Below are positions 26,908 to 35,105 of a stretch of 64,000 bases of DNA, piece after piece (within the stretch, counting starts at the first letter, position 1; every line of letters begins with the position of its first letter). The DNA lies in contig JBEHYH010000001.1 of the NCBI GenBank assembly GCA_048498275.1, forward strand, positions 4,876 to 68,875, written 5' to 3'. The DNA comes from Myxococcota bacterium (GTDB taxonomy: Bacteria > Myxococcota > Myxococcia > Myxococcales > Myxococcaceae). Under the pieces are notes generated by a model. The model was not told where the DNA came from. It did not search any database and saw only the letters and a list, made by a program, of their open reading frames with translations. Both the position numbers and the translations under genes were made by a program.

Positions 26908-27711
26908 ATGGATGAAGTTTCGAAGAAGAAGCTGTACGCGCTGCTGTCGGCCCCGTTTCCGGAGTCGTGCATCCAGCGAACCGAGGGCAAGCAGACGGGC
27001 CGTGGCTACGACACCACCGGCATCGCGTACCAATTCATCGTCAACCGCCTCAACGAGGTGCTGGGAATCGGCGGCTTTCGCGTGCACCGCGAGGTGACGG
27101 TGAAGCCAATTCAGCGCGGCAACGGGAAGGCAGCGTTCGAGGCCATCTGTGACCTGACGCTGGAACTGGGCGCGTGGGTCGACGGGTGCTTCAAGACCTT
27201 CGCCGAGGCCGTGGCGGATGGTGGCCACGTCTCCAACAGCGAGAGCGACGCACGCAAGGGCGCGTACACGAATGCCTTCAAGAAGGCGGCAGCGTTCCAC
27301 GGCGTCGGCAAGCAGGCCTATGAGGGCACGCTGGACGACGACAACCTCCCCGAGGACGCGCCACACTCGGTGCCCGCGACTCGCGCCGCGTCGACTTCGA
27401 GTCAGCCGGTGATGACAGTGGTGAAGGCTCCGCTGCCGACGCCGCCTGCAGAGGCACCGCCCGCGGGCTACGTGAAGTCTCCGCCGCCGGTGCAGCAGGA
27501 GCGCAACCGACTTTCCTCGAAGCAGCTGGCGGCCATCTGGAGCATCGCGCGGAAGCAGAGCTTCGAGACGTCGACCTTCCGCAACCAGGTGAAGCAGCGC
27601 TTCGGGGCACAGCTGGAGTTCCTCACCCGTCAGCAGGCGTCGCAGCTCATCGACTCGCTCAACGCGCAGCTGAACTCCGCTGAAGCGCCGTCGCAGGAAG
27701 GTGCTGCGTGA
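26908..27711 (+). CDS. Rad52/Rad22-family single-strand annealing protein
   Basis: AAGGAGAAG RBS before ATG 26908. GYDTTGIAYQFIVNRLNEVLGIGGF...DARKGAYTNAFKKAAAFHGVGKQAY matches the Rad52-type SSAP core. Low-complexity Pro-rich middle region. Confidence 0.75.
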   Translation: MDEVSKKKLYALLSAPFPESCIQRTEGKQTGRGYDTTGIAYQFIVNRLNEVLGIGGFRVHREVTVKPIQRGNGKAAFEAICDLTLELGAWVDGCFKTFAEAVADGGHVSNSESDARKGAYTNAFKKAAAFHGVGKQAYEGTLDDDNLPEDAPHSVPATRAASTSSQPVMTVVKAPLPTPPAEAPPAGYVKSPPPVQQERNRLSSKQLAAIWSIARKQSFETSTFRNQVKQRFGAQLEFLTRQQASQLIDSLNAQLNSAEAPSQEGAA

Positions 27712-28511
27712 CGGCCCGCGAGACAGACGGGCTCTTCGTCTCCATCTCGCAGCTGAAGCTGTGGCAGCAGTGCCCGAAGAAGCACGAGTACCGCTACGTG
27801 CGCGGCGTGGAGCCGGAGTTTGTGCCGATGGCGCTGGCCTTTGGCTCAGCGTTCCACGCCGCGCTTGCGCTGCACTACGAGGCGCTGCTGCGCGGTGAAG
27901 TCGCTCCTGAATCCGAAGTGAAGGAGCGATTCATCGACACGCTCAACATCGCGAAGCGCGGGCCGGTGCCGCTGCAACACGACGAGGAAGAAGACGGCCC
28001 CTTCGAATTAGTCGAGGCGAAGGGCCTTCAGATGCTCGACGTCACCCTCGGGCACCCGTCAGCGCGGCCGGAGAAGGTGCTGGCCGTCGAGAGGAAGTTC
28101 ATCGTGCCGCTTCACGACGTCGAGACCGGCGAAGTCCTCGACGTGCAACTGCTGGGCGTCATCGACCTCGTCGTCGAAGAAGACGGTCACCGCGTGCTGG
28201 TGGAACACAAGACGAGCGCGAAGAAGTACTCGATGGACCAGCTCAACTTCGACACGCAGCTCTCCGCATACAGCTTCGCGGCGGAGATGATGCAGTGGGG
28301 AGAAGTCGGGCTGCGCTTCTCGGTGACGACGAAGACGAAGTCACCGCAGGTGCAGCTCGAAGATGTCCGTCGTGATGAAGGCGACATGACGGACTTTCTT
28401 CGCGTGGCAGCGGGCGTGTTGAAGGCCGTCGATGCGGGCATCAGCTTCCCGGTGCGCGGCTGGAGCTGCCGCACGTGCCCGTACCGCAAGCGCTGCGAGG
28501 CCGAGCGATGA
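27708..28511 (+). CDS. PD-(D/E)XK exonuclease, Cas4/RecB-like with Cys cluster
   Basis: 4-nt overlap with the SSAP gene. GVIDLVVEE...VEHKTS (D-E-K core), QL.AY motif, and four Cys (WQQC...CRTCPYRKRC) as in Cas4/AddB Fe-S nucleases. Confidence 0.8.
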   Translation: MTARETDGLFVSISQLKLWQQCPKKHEYRYVRGVEPEFVPMALAFGSAFHAALALHYEALLRGEVAPESEVKERFIDTLNIAKRGPVPLQHDEEEDGPFELVEAKGLQMLDVTLGHPSARPEKVLAVERKFIVPLHDVETGEVLDVQLLGVIDLVVEEDGHRVLVEHKTSAKKYSMDQLNFDTQLSAYSFAAEMMQWGEVGLRFSVTTKTKSPQVQLEDVRRDEGDMTDFLRVAAGVLKAVDAGISFPVRGWSCRTCPYRKRCEAER

Positions 28512-28852
28512 GTCGACGCAAACGGCGCACGGATTTTCCGGTCAACCGGAAAACTCAGCGACCTGGCATCAGCCTCGCTGACGAGTTGGACACCATCAGC
28601 AATGCAATGGAGGCGACCGCTGTGTTGGTTGAACTCGCTCCTCTCGACCACTCTCACGAGGCCACCGCTGAACGTCATTCGCGCCTCGTATCCGCGCTGA
28701 TTGCGTTGACTGGCGACCGCGTAAAGTTGCTCCGTCGCGTCATCGTCGGAACGCTCGACGCAACGATGCTGATCGCGCGACACAACACGCGCGATGAGAC
28801 GCCTGACGCGGCAGAAGACAACGATGTCCTGCTTCAGTCGCGAAAGAGGTAG
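28508..28852 (+). CDS. Hypothetical protein (114 aa)
   Basis: ATGA overlap with the exonuclease stop. Basic N-terminus. Confidence 0.45.
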   Translation: MSRRKRRTDFPVNRKTQRPGISLADELDTISNAMEATAVLVELAPLDHSHEATAERHSRLVSALIALTGDRVKLLRRVIVGTLDATMLIARHNTRDETPDAAEDNDVLLQSRKR

Positions 28853-28853
28853 C

Positions 28854-29123
28854 TCAACTCGTCGGAGTTGCCTTCGGTCTGCCCGGTCCGCGCTTCTTCA
28901 ACCGGGCAGGCCGAAGCAGCTCCATCGGCTCAACCTTCAGCGCCTTCGACAGCGCCCACAGCGAGAGCAGCGTCAGGTTTGCGAGCCCTGCTTCGATCTC
29001 TCTGTATCTACGGTCCGAAACACCGGCCAGACCTGCGGCTTGATGCTGATTCAAGCCGAGTCGCTCCCGATGGAGCCGGGCGTTGGCAGCGACGTAGTGC
29101 CGGATGTCCACGCCTGCGGGCAT
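28854..29123 (-). CDS. XRE-family HTH transcriptional regulator (repressor-like)
   Basis: ..LHRERLGLNQHQAAGLAGVSDRRYREIEAG..N.TL..L..L..AL is a classic Cro/C1 HTH. Divergent from the next gene. Confidence 0.85.
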   Translation of the reverse strand: MPAGVDIRHYVAANARLHRERLGLNQHQAAGLAGVSDRRYREIEAGLANLTLLSLWALSKALKVEPMELLRPARLKKRGPGRPKATPTS

Positions 29124-29237
29124 GGCGCCTCGGTAGCCGCCGTGGACCGACGCATATAGACCGACTAAACATCCTATTCATGAGCAACTCAGGAACGCGC
29201 CGTTTGGGTCACGCGGTGCACTTCTCGGGAGCGCGAC
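29124..29237. promoter_or_regulatory. Divergent promoter/operator region of the XRE switch
   Basis: 114-bp A/T-richer spacer between divergent genes. Direct repeat GACCGAC-N7-GACCGAC at 29145-29165. Confidence 0.45.
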
Positions 29238-29921
29238 TTGTCTGACCGCTCTCCCGAACGTAGCTACCAAGCCGACTCCGAAACTCGGCGGCAGCGAAAA
29301 GGCCGCGCCCCCGATGCCACCACCATCAACGGTCTGGTCGAACACTTCGGCGCAGATCTCGGCGCGGTTACACGTCTGGTGCGGCAGGTACTGGGCGAAC
29401 CGCAGCTCACGCCTGACGACGGGTTTCTGCTCACCGATCAACAACGTGAAGACGTTCTGGTGACCATCGCGCTGAACACAGCAGCGTGCGCCCAATGCCA
29501 ACTCCCATTTGGTCCGTATGGACCTGACAGCGAGCAATGCCAGTGCGGTCGCAGACTCGGTCGATGTCCTCAATGCCGTCGCTTCACCTCGTTCCGTCTG
29601 ACGAAGAAGCATCTGTTGGCTCGTGATGACTTCGAGTGCGAGCGCTGCGGAGCGGAAGTCGCGACGTGCAGCTACGGCAAGACCGATGGCTGCGAAGGGT
29701 GGGCACCGAAGACGCACGCTGGGTGGCAGGCGCACTGTCTCGTTTGTGAGCACGATGACCAGCGCATCGCCGCCGAAGAACGTTCCATCGCCCGTGCAGA
29801 GGCGTTCGGCAGTGCGTTTGGGCAGCGACTCTCGAGCGAGTTGCGCTCCTCGGGCACGTATCAACACGTGATGGGTCGCGTTGAAAACGGAGCGTTCGAC
29901 CTGACCACGAGGAAGAAATGA
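29238..29921 (+). CDS. Cys-rich (multi zinc-ribbon-like) protein, unknown function
   Basis: TTG start. CAQC..., CQC...CPQC, CERC..., CLVC pairs spaced as in zinc ribbons. Confidence 0.5.
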   Translation: MSDRSPERSYQADSETRRQRKGRAPDATTINGLVEHFGADLGAVTRLVRQVLGEPQLTPDDGFLLTDQQREDVLVTIALNTAACAQCQLPFGPYGPDSEQCQCGRRLGRCPQCRRFTSFRLTKKHLLARDDFECERCGAEVATCSYGKTDGCEGWAPKTHAGWQAHCLVCEHDDQRIAAEERSIARAEAFGSAFGQRLSSELRSSGTYQHVMGRVENGAFDLTTRKK

Positions 29922-30109
29922 GCGGCTCAGTGGCCGTTCGTGTCGTTGTCGAAGGTGGTCGAGAGATCAACGGCATTTACCTCCCGCGAGTTCCCGTTCG
30001 CGGAGATGCGATCAACATCCAGAGCATCGGCGAAGTCACCGTGAAGCGCGTGGTTCTCGACGCAGTCGTGAGCACGATTCACGTCTCGAAACCCAAGCCC
30101 ACGCGTTGA
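29918..30109 (+). CDS. Small hypothetical protein (63 aa)
   Basis: ATGA overlap with the upstream stop. Beta-rich sequence. Confidence 0.4.
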   Translation: MSGSVAVRVVVEGGREINGIYLPRVPVRGDAINIQSIGEVTVKRVVLDAVVSTIHVSKPKPTR

Positions 30110-30179
30110 GCTCAAGGTCTTCAGTTCTCAGCCCATCCCCCCGGGCCACGCAGCGAATCACCATCCAAAGGAGCAACAC

Positions 30180-30944
30180 ATGAAGCTCGTTTTCGTGAGC
30201 GCACTCGTCGTCGCGCTGGCGGGTTGTTCATCCGCTTCACAAGGAGAACCCGGGCCGCAAGGACCGAAGGGCGATGTCGGTCCAGTCGGCCCGCAAGGCG
30301 CGAAGGGAGACAAAGGCGACACCGGTGAACGCGGTGCTCAAGGCGTCGCAGGTCAGCAGGGGCCGGCTGGTATTCAAGGACCGCAAGGGCTCACCGGCGC
30401 GATCGGTCCTGCTGGAGCCACCGGCACTCAGGGTCCAGTTGGAGCCCAAGGAGCGCAAGGTATTCAAGGCGTCGCTGGACCAGCTGGCGCAGCCGGCGCG
30501 ACAGGTCCTCAAGGGCCTGCCGGTCTGAATGCACAGCGTGCGTTCAACTCCAGTGGCGCTGCCGTTGGGTCGGTGTTGTTCGACCACAACGAAAACATGA
30601 AGGTCTGGGTTGATGCATGGGGCTGCTTCAGTGATGTAAGCGACAGCGGCATCCTGTTCGCGACCAACGATGTATTGGTCTACTACGCGGATTCTGCGTG
30701 CTCAGGTCCTGCCTACTACCGGGGCATCACCATGAGCTTCAACTCGTATCGCTGCCTCGCCGGGAAGTTCAACAAGACCTACCGAGTTACTCGGTTTGCG
30801 TCTGCCGCTTCCGGAGTTTCCACGCAGTACGCATGGAATGGCAGCAACTGCACGATGGTCGCGCAAGGAAACACGAACTATCCGATGGAAGAAGTGTTGA
30901 ACTACAACGCAACTACTTCGGAGACTCGGATCGGCGAACAGTAG
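30180..30944 (+). CDS. Collagen-triple-helix-repeat lipoprotein with Cys-containing globular C-terminal domain
   Basis: MKLVFVSALVVALAGC lipobox. 31 uninterrupted G-X-Y triplets (30243-30524). C-terminal ~140 aa with 6 Cys. Confidence 0.8.
   Translation: MKLVFVSALVVALAGCSSASQGEPGPQGPKGDVGPVGPQGAKGDKGDTGERGAQGVAGQQGPAGIQGPQGLTGAIGPAGATGTQGPVGAQGAQGIQGVAGPAGAAGATGPQGPAGLNAQRAFNSSGAAVGSVLFDHNENMKVWVDAWGCFSDVSDSGILFATNDVLVYYADSACSGPAYYRGITMSFNSYRCLAGKFNKTYRVTRFASAASGVSTQYAWNGSNCTMVAQGNTNYPMEEVLNYNATTSETRIGEQ
30243..30524 (+). repeat. Collagen-like (G-X-Y)31 coding repeat
   Basis: GEP GPQ GPK GDV ... GPQ GPA G, read directly from the translation. Confidence 0.9.
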
Positions 30945-31043
30945 CGGCAAACGAGGCGGCAAAGACGTTCCGTGTCCTCCTCGGGCGAAGTCAACAAGAG
31001 AGAAGCTCATTCGGTTTACCCTCCCAGATTCGGCGCTCACGCT

Positions 31044-31628
31044 ATGAATGCCGACGTGCGACCGCTTTCTCGCTCGGAGAACATGGCCCGCATCAAGGGC
31101 ACCGACACGTTACCAGAGGTGACGTTGCGCAAGCTCCTGTGGGCGGCAGGCATTCGATACCGAACGAACTTCCGCACTCCAGGCGGAAAGGCTGACATCG
31201 CGCTGCCGTCCAAGCGCTTCGCGGTCTTCGTTGATGGGTGCTTTTGGCACGGGTGCCCAGAGCATTATGTGAAGCCGCGAAGCCGGAGTTCCTACTGGGA
31301 CGCCAAGCTCACTGAAAATGTCGAACGCGATCGACGACAGACACAAAAGCTCCTCGACGAAGACTGGAACTTCATCAGGGTCTGGGAGCACGAAGTCTCC
31401 GAAGACGCGCCTGAAGTCGCACAACGCGTTCTGAATCAGCTCAAGAGCGGAAGGCCCGCCACCTGGCCTCGGTGGCGGGTCGCTGTCGTCGAGTTCATTG
31501 ACCCCTTCGGCGAACGCGAGCGACGTCATCTCAAAAACCTTCTAGGGAACGCTGGACGGATAGAGGAGGGGCCACGCATCACTCTCAAAATCGGACGCGT
31601 CAAACGCTCGTCAACCGACACAACGTAG
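31044..31628 (+). CDS. vsr: Very-short-patch repair endonuclease
   Basis: SRSENMARIKGTDT.PE..LR..L...G.RYR, PG.ADI, FVDGCFWHGC, YW..K...N..RD and W.FIRVWEHE match E. coli Vsr. Carries a ~50-aa C-terminal extension. Confidence 0.85.
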   Translation: MNADVRPLSRSENMARIKGTDTLPEVTLRKLLWAAGIRYRTNFRTPGGKADIALPSKRFAVFVDGCFWHGCPEHYVKPRSRSSYWDAKLTENVERDRRQTQKLLDEDWNFIRVWEHEVSEDAPEVAQRVLNQLKSGRPATWPRWRVAVVEFIDPFGERERRHLKNLLGNAGRIEEGPRITLKIGRVKRSSTDTT

Positions 31629-31745
31629 ACCTGGCGGTCAAAGTGTCGCTTGGAGTATAAACCACGACCGACGATCCCACGAAGCTCACCAAACATGCCT
31701 TCTCCGTCTGAAATGCCAGCGCACACACATTCAAAAAAGGACGCG

Positions 31746-32756
31746 ATGAGTCATCGATTCGACTTCATCGACTTGTTCGCCGGCATAGGAGGATTCCATC
31801 GTGCGCTCGCGAAGGCAGGAGGCCGTTGCGTCTTCGCTTCCGAATGGGACCCATGGGCGCAACAAACCTACGAAGCCAATTTCGGTATCGTGCCAGCCGG
31901 CGACATTACAAAAGTCGAACCGGATTCGATTCCCTCACACGACATCCTCTGCGGTGGCTTTCCATGTCAGCCGTTTAGTATCGCAGGGGTTTCGAAAGCA
32001 AATGCGCTTGGGCGCAGCCATGGATTCGAGCACGCAACGCAGGGAACGCTATTCTTTAACGTGGCAAAAATTATCGCCCGCCAAAGGCCACGCGCATTCA
32101 TCTTAGAGAACGTGAAGAACCTGAAAAGTCACGACAAGGGTCGTACGTTTCAAGTCATTTCAAACACATTGACCGAGCTGGGCTACCACTTTGACCATCG
32201 CATTCTCGATGCCCGTCACTGGGTGCCACAACACAGAGAACGAGTATTTATCGTCGGCTTTCGAGATAGCGCTGACTTCGCCCGCTATAAATGGCCGACT
32301 CTACCTAAGAAACAACTGCGGTTCAGCGACATTCTCGAAGAACACGTCCCACCCAAATACACCCTTTCCGATAAGCTGTGGGACTACTTACAGAGGTACG
32401 CCGCCAAGCATAAAGCTGCTGGCAATGGTTTCGGGTACGGACTCGTCGATTTGAATGGTGTATCGCGCACTTTGAGTGCTCGATACTACAAGGATGGGTC
32501 TGAGATACTGATACCGCAACGAGGTAAAAACCCGCGCAGAATGACGCCTCGCGAATGTGCGCGATTGATGGGCTATCCAGATAAAATGAACATCGTATGC
32601 AGCGACACGCGTGCCTACAAACAGTTCGGAAACTCAGTGGTTGTCCCGGTTGTCTCGGCATTGGCCCAAAGTGTCGTTGCGGCGATGACTAGGCCTTCTC
32701 GCGGGATAAAATCACCGCATCAACACGAGCTTTTCTCGTCCTCGAGGGCTGCATAA
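31746..32756 (+). CDS. dcm: DNA (cytosine-5)-methyltransferase
   Basis: Motif I DLFAGIGGF, motif IV GGFPCQPFS, motif VI ENVKNL, motif VIII QHRERVFIVG, motif X GNSVVVPV. AAGGA RBS before ATG 31746 (alternative ATG 31695). Confidence 0.9.
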   Translation: MSHRFDFIDLFAGIGGFHRALAKAGGRCVFASEWDPWAQQTYEANFGIVPAGDITKVEPDSIPSHDILCGGFPCQPFSIAGVSKANALGRSHGFEHATQGTLFFNVAKIIARQRPRAFILENVKNLKSHDKGRTFQVISNTLTELGYHFDHRILDARHWVPQHRERVFIVGFRDSADFARYKWPTLPKKQLRFSDILEEHVPPKYTLSDKLWDYLQRYAAKHKAAGNGFGYGLVDLNGVSRTLSARYYKDGSEILIPQRGKNPRRMTPRECARLMGYPDKMNIVCSDTRAYKQFGNSVVVPVVSALAQSVVAAMTRPSRGIKSPHQHELFSSSRAA

Positions 32757-32778
32757 GCGCACAGAAGGGGCGGGGACG

Positions 32779-34671
32779 ATGCGGGGTAAGGACAGAGCGA
32801 CATGGGCACTAGATCAACGCGGGAAAGCCGTAGTTCTACGCCACGGACGCTCGACGATACGCGTTGACCCAATAAAAATCTGGGAAGCGCAATTTGAAGA
32901 TCGAACTAAAATCGATGGTCTAGTCGTCACAAGGCCATCGAGTGATTTACCGCAGCTTGACTTCTCTCGCTTTCCGCTTGACGTGTCGCTCAAGGCTCAG
33001 GGTTCCCTCAATGCTGGCTTCTCTCTAGCTTGGGCAACTCTCGACTCGGAGATTGACATCCGCGATTCTCAAATCGTCGAAAATCGGCGATGGTTTATGC
33101 TCGACCGAGAGACGCTCGATTCTACAATATCGTCCTTAGCTACGCGCTCAATCATCTGCCCAGGTCCAATAACATTGGGTCAACTCGTGTGGCTACGAGC
33201 CAACCAGAACGGAGCCACCAAGGTCATCGACGCGACTACCAATGCGGATCCGCTGCTAGCGCTGCAACAACCAAAGGCGACAAGAACGCTACACAAAACG
33301 ACGCTTTTCCCTTACCAATCCGTTGGCGTCGCTTTTCTAAACCGCGTCGCGAAGGAATCAATCGGGTGCATTCTCGCCGACGAAATGGGTTTAGGAAAAA
33401 CGATACAACTCATTGGACTATTGACCGATGAGAATAAGCGTGGGGCAACAACAAGCCTCATCGTGTGTCCCGCGACTATCTTGGAAAACTGGCGACGAGA
33501 GCTTGAAGAGTTCGCGCCGCAGCTAAAGCTATTTACTCACATCGGAACGGACCGCCCGGGAACCGCCAAGCACTTTCACGGTTTCGATATCATTCTGACG
33601 ACATTCGAAACCGCCGTTCGCGACGAGCCCATGTTGGCGAATGTGCGCTGGAATATTTTGATTGTCGATGAGGCGCAGTATCTCAAGACACCAACCGCCC
33701 AGCGCACGCTCTCAATCAAAAGACTCTCTCGCCGAGTTACTGTAGCAGCAACAGGCACTCCTGTTGAGAACAGGTTAACCGACTTATGGTCAATTGCGGA
33801 CCTAGTGCTACCGGGGCTCCTCGGTTCTCAGCGTAGCTTTGAGTCTGAATTCGACGACACCAAGCAAGACGCGGAGAGACTCGCACCCATTGTTGCTCCG
33901 CTCATGCTTCGTCGGAGAGTCGCAGAGGTTGCAACAGATCTGCCCCCTCGAATTGACATCCCGCAGCCGATCGTTATGACACAGCGGCTTGCTGTTCAAT
34001 ACGACGCGATTCGAACCGCGGTATTCGAAGAATACGGGAACCGCGCGACTCTCGTTTCCCTAGGAAAGTTGCGACAGTTCTGCGCTCACCCCAAACTCGT
34101 CGACATCGATTGGTCCGATCTCGCCGTAGGAATGCCAAAATATCAAAGATTGACTGAGATTCTCGAAGAACTCTTCTCTTCCAATGAAAAGGCGCTAATC
34201 TTCTGCTCCTTTACTGAGATGATCGATATCATGATGGGGGACCTGTCGCGTCGATTTCCGAACGCACACCGTGGATTCATCGATGGTCGGGTGGACATTT
34301 CAATGCGACAACCAATCGTCGATAACTTCACACGCCACAACGGGTTTGGCTTTCTTATCCTCAATCCCAGGGCAGCCGGCGTCGGCCTAAACATCACAAC
34401 GGCAAATCATGTAATCCACTACACACCAGAGTGGAATCCTGCCGTCGAAGATCAAGCCTCAGCGCGAGCTTACAGGCGAAAGCAAACAAAACCCGTTACC
34501 ATTCACCATCTATTTTTTGCGAGTTCCGTTGAGGAAGTGATGACAGCTCGGCTGTTGGCCAAACGACAGCTGTCGACTGGGGCCGCTGTCGGCAATCAAG
34601 GCTCCGCGGACGCCAGCGATATCGCTCGGGCACTTGCGACATCTCCTTTGGCACATGGAACATTCGAATGA
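32779..34671 (+). CDS. SNF2-family SF2 ATPase/translocase
   Basis: LADEMGLGKT (motif I), DEAQYLK (motif II), TGTPVEN (motif III). C-terminal helicase motifs ..AAGVGLN.T.ANHVIHY.PEWNPA.EDQA..RA.R. ~190-aa unknown N-terminal region. Confidence 0.85.
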   Translation: MRGKDRATWALDQRGKAVVLRHGRSTIRVDPIKIWEAQFEDRTKIDGLVVTRPSSDLPQLDFSRFPLDVSLKAQGSLNAGFSLAWATLDSEIDIRDSQIVENRRWFMLDRETLDSTISSLATRSIICPGPITLGQLVWLRANQNGATKVIDATTNADPLLALQQPKATRTLHKTTLFPYQSVGVAFLNRVAKESIGCILADEMGLGKTIQLIGLLTDENKRGATTSLIVCPATILENWRRELEEFAPQLKLFTHIGTDRPGTAKHFHGFDIILTTFETAVRDEPMLANVRWNILIVDEAQYLKTPTAQRTLSIKRLSRRVTVAATGTPVENRLTDLWSIADLVLPGLLGSQRSFESEFDDTKQDAERLAPIVAPLMLRRRVAEVATDLPPRIDIPQPIVMTQRLAVQYDAIRTAVFEEYGNRATLVSLGKLRQFCAHPKLVDIDWSDLAVGMPKYQRLTEILEELFSSNEKALIFCSFTEMIDIMMGDLSRRFPNAHRGFIDGRVDISMRQPIVDNFTRHNGFGFLILNPRAAGVGLNITTANHVIHYTPEWNPAVEDQASARAYRRKQTKPVTIHHLFFASSVEEVMTARLLAKRQLSTGAAVGNQGSADASDIARALATSPLAHGTFE

Positions 34672-35105
34672 CACTCGAATCCACGCGCATAATCAAAACC
34701 CTCAGCGCGAACGATGTCGGCGAAACAGGCTCACATCAAGCCGGCATTCTGGTACCGAAATCTCCAGAGATCCTCAGCTATTTCCCCAAGCTAGACCATC
34801 ACTTAAAGAATCCACGAAATACGCTCACTTTCTTTGAGCCGAATGCCATTACAAAATGGGATTTCGAATTCATCTACTACAACAACAAGTTTTTTGATGG
34901 AACCCGGAACGAGTATCGACTCACCGGAATGACAAAGTATCTCCGGGCAACAAACGCAAAGCGCGACGATGCTTTGGAATTCTATCGGGACGCTGATGGT
35001 CGCCGAACCATATGCCTGCGGCGTGCGGAAGCACAGACACACGACGACGACGGGACATTACGAATCAGTGGCGGTTGGAAAATCATTCGACTCTCCGGGA
35101 GATGA
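34668..35105 (+). CDS. Stand-alone B3-like DNA-binding protein (EcoRII N-terminal effector-domain-like)
   Basis: ATGA overlap on both sides. KTLSANDVGETGSHQAGILVPK resembles the EcoRII-N/B3 pseudobarrel signature. 145 aa. Confidence 0.55.
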   Translation: MTLESTRIIKTLSANDVGETGSHQAGILVPKSPEILSYFPKLDHHLKNPRNTLTFFEPNAITKWDFEFIYYNNKFFDGTRNEYRLTGMTKYLRATNAKRDDALEFYRDADGRRTICLRRAEAQTHDDDGTLRISGGWKIIRLSGR

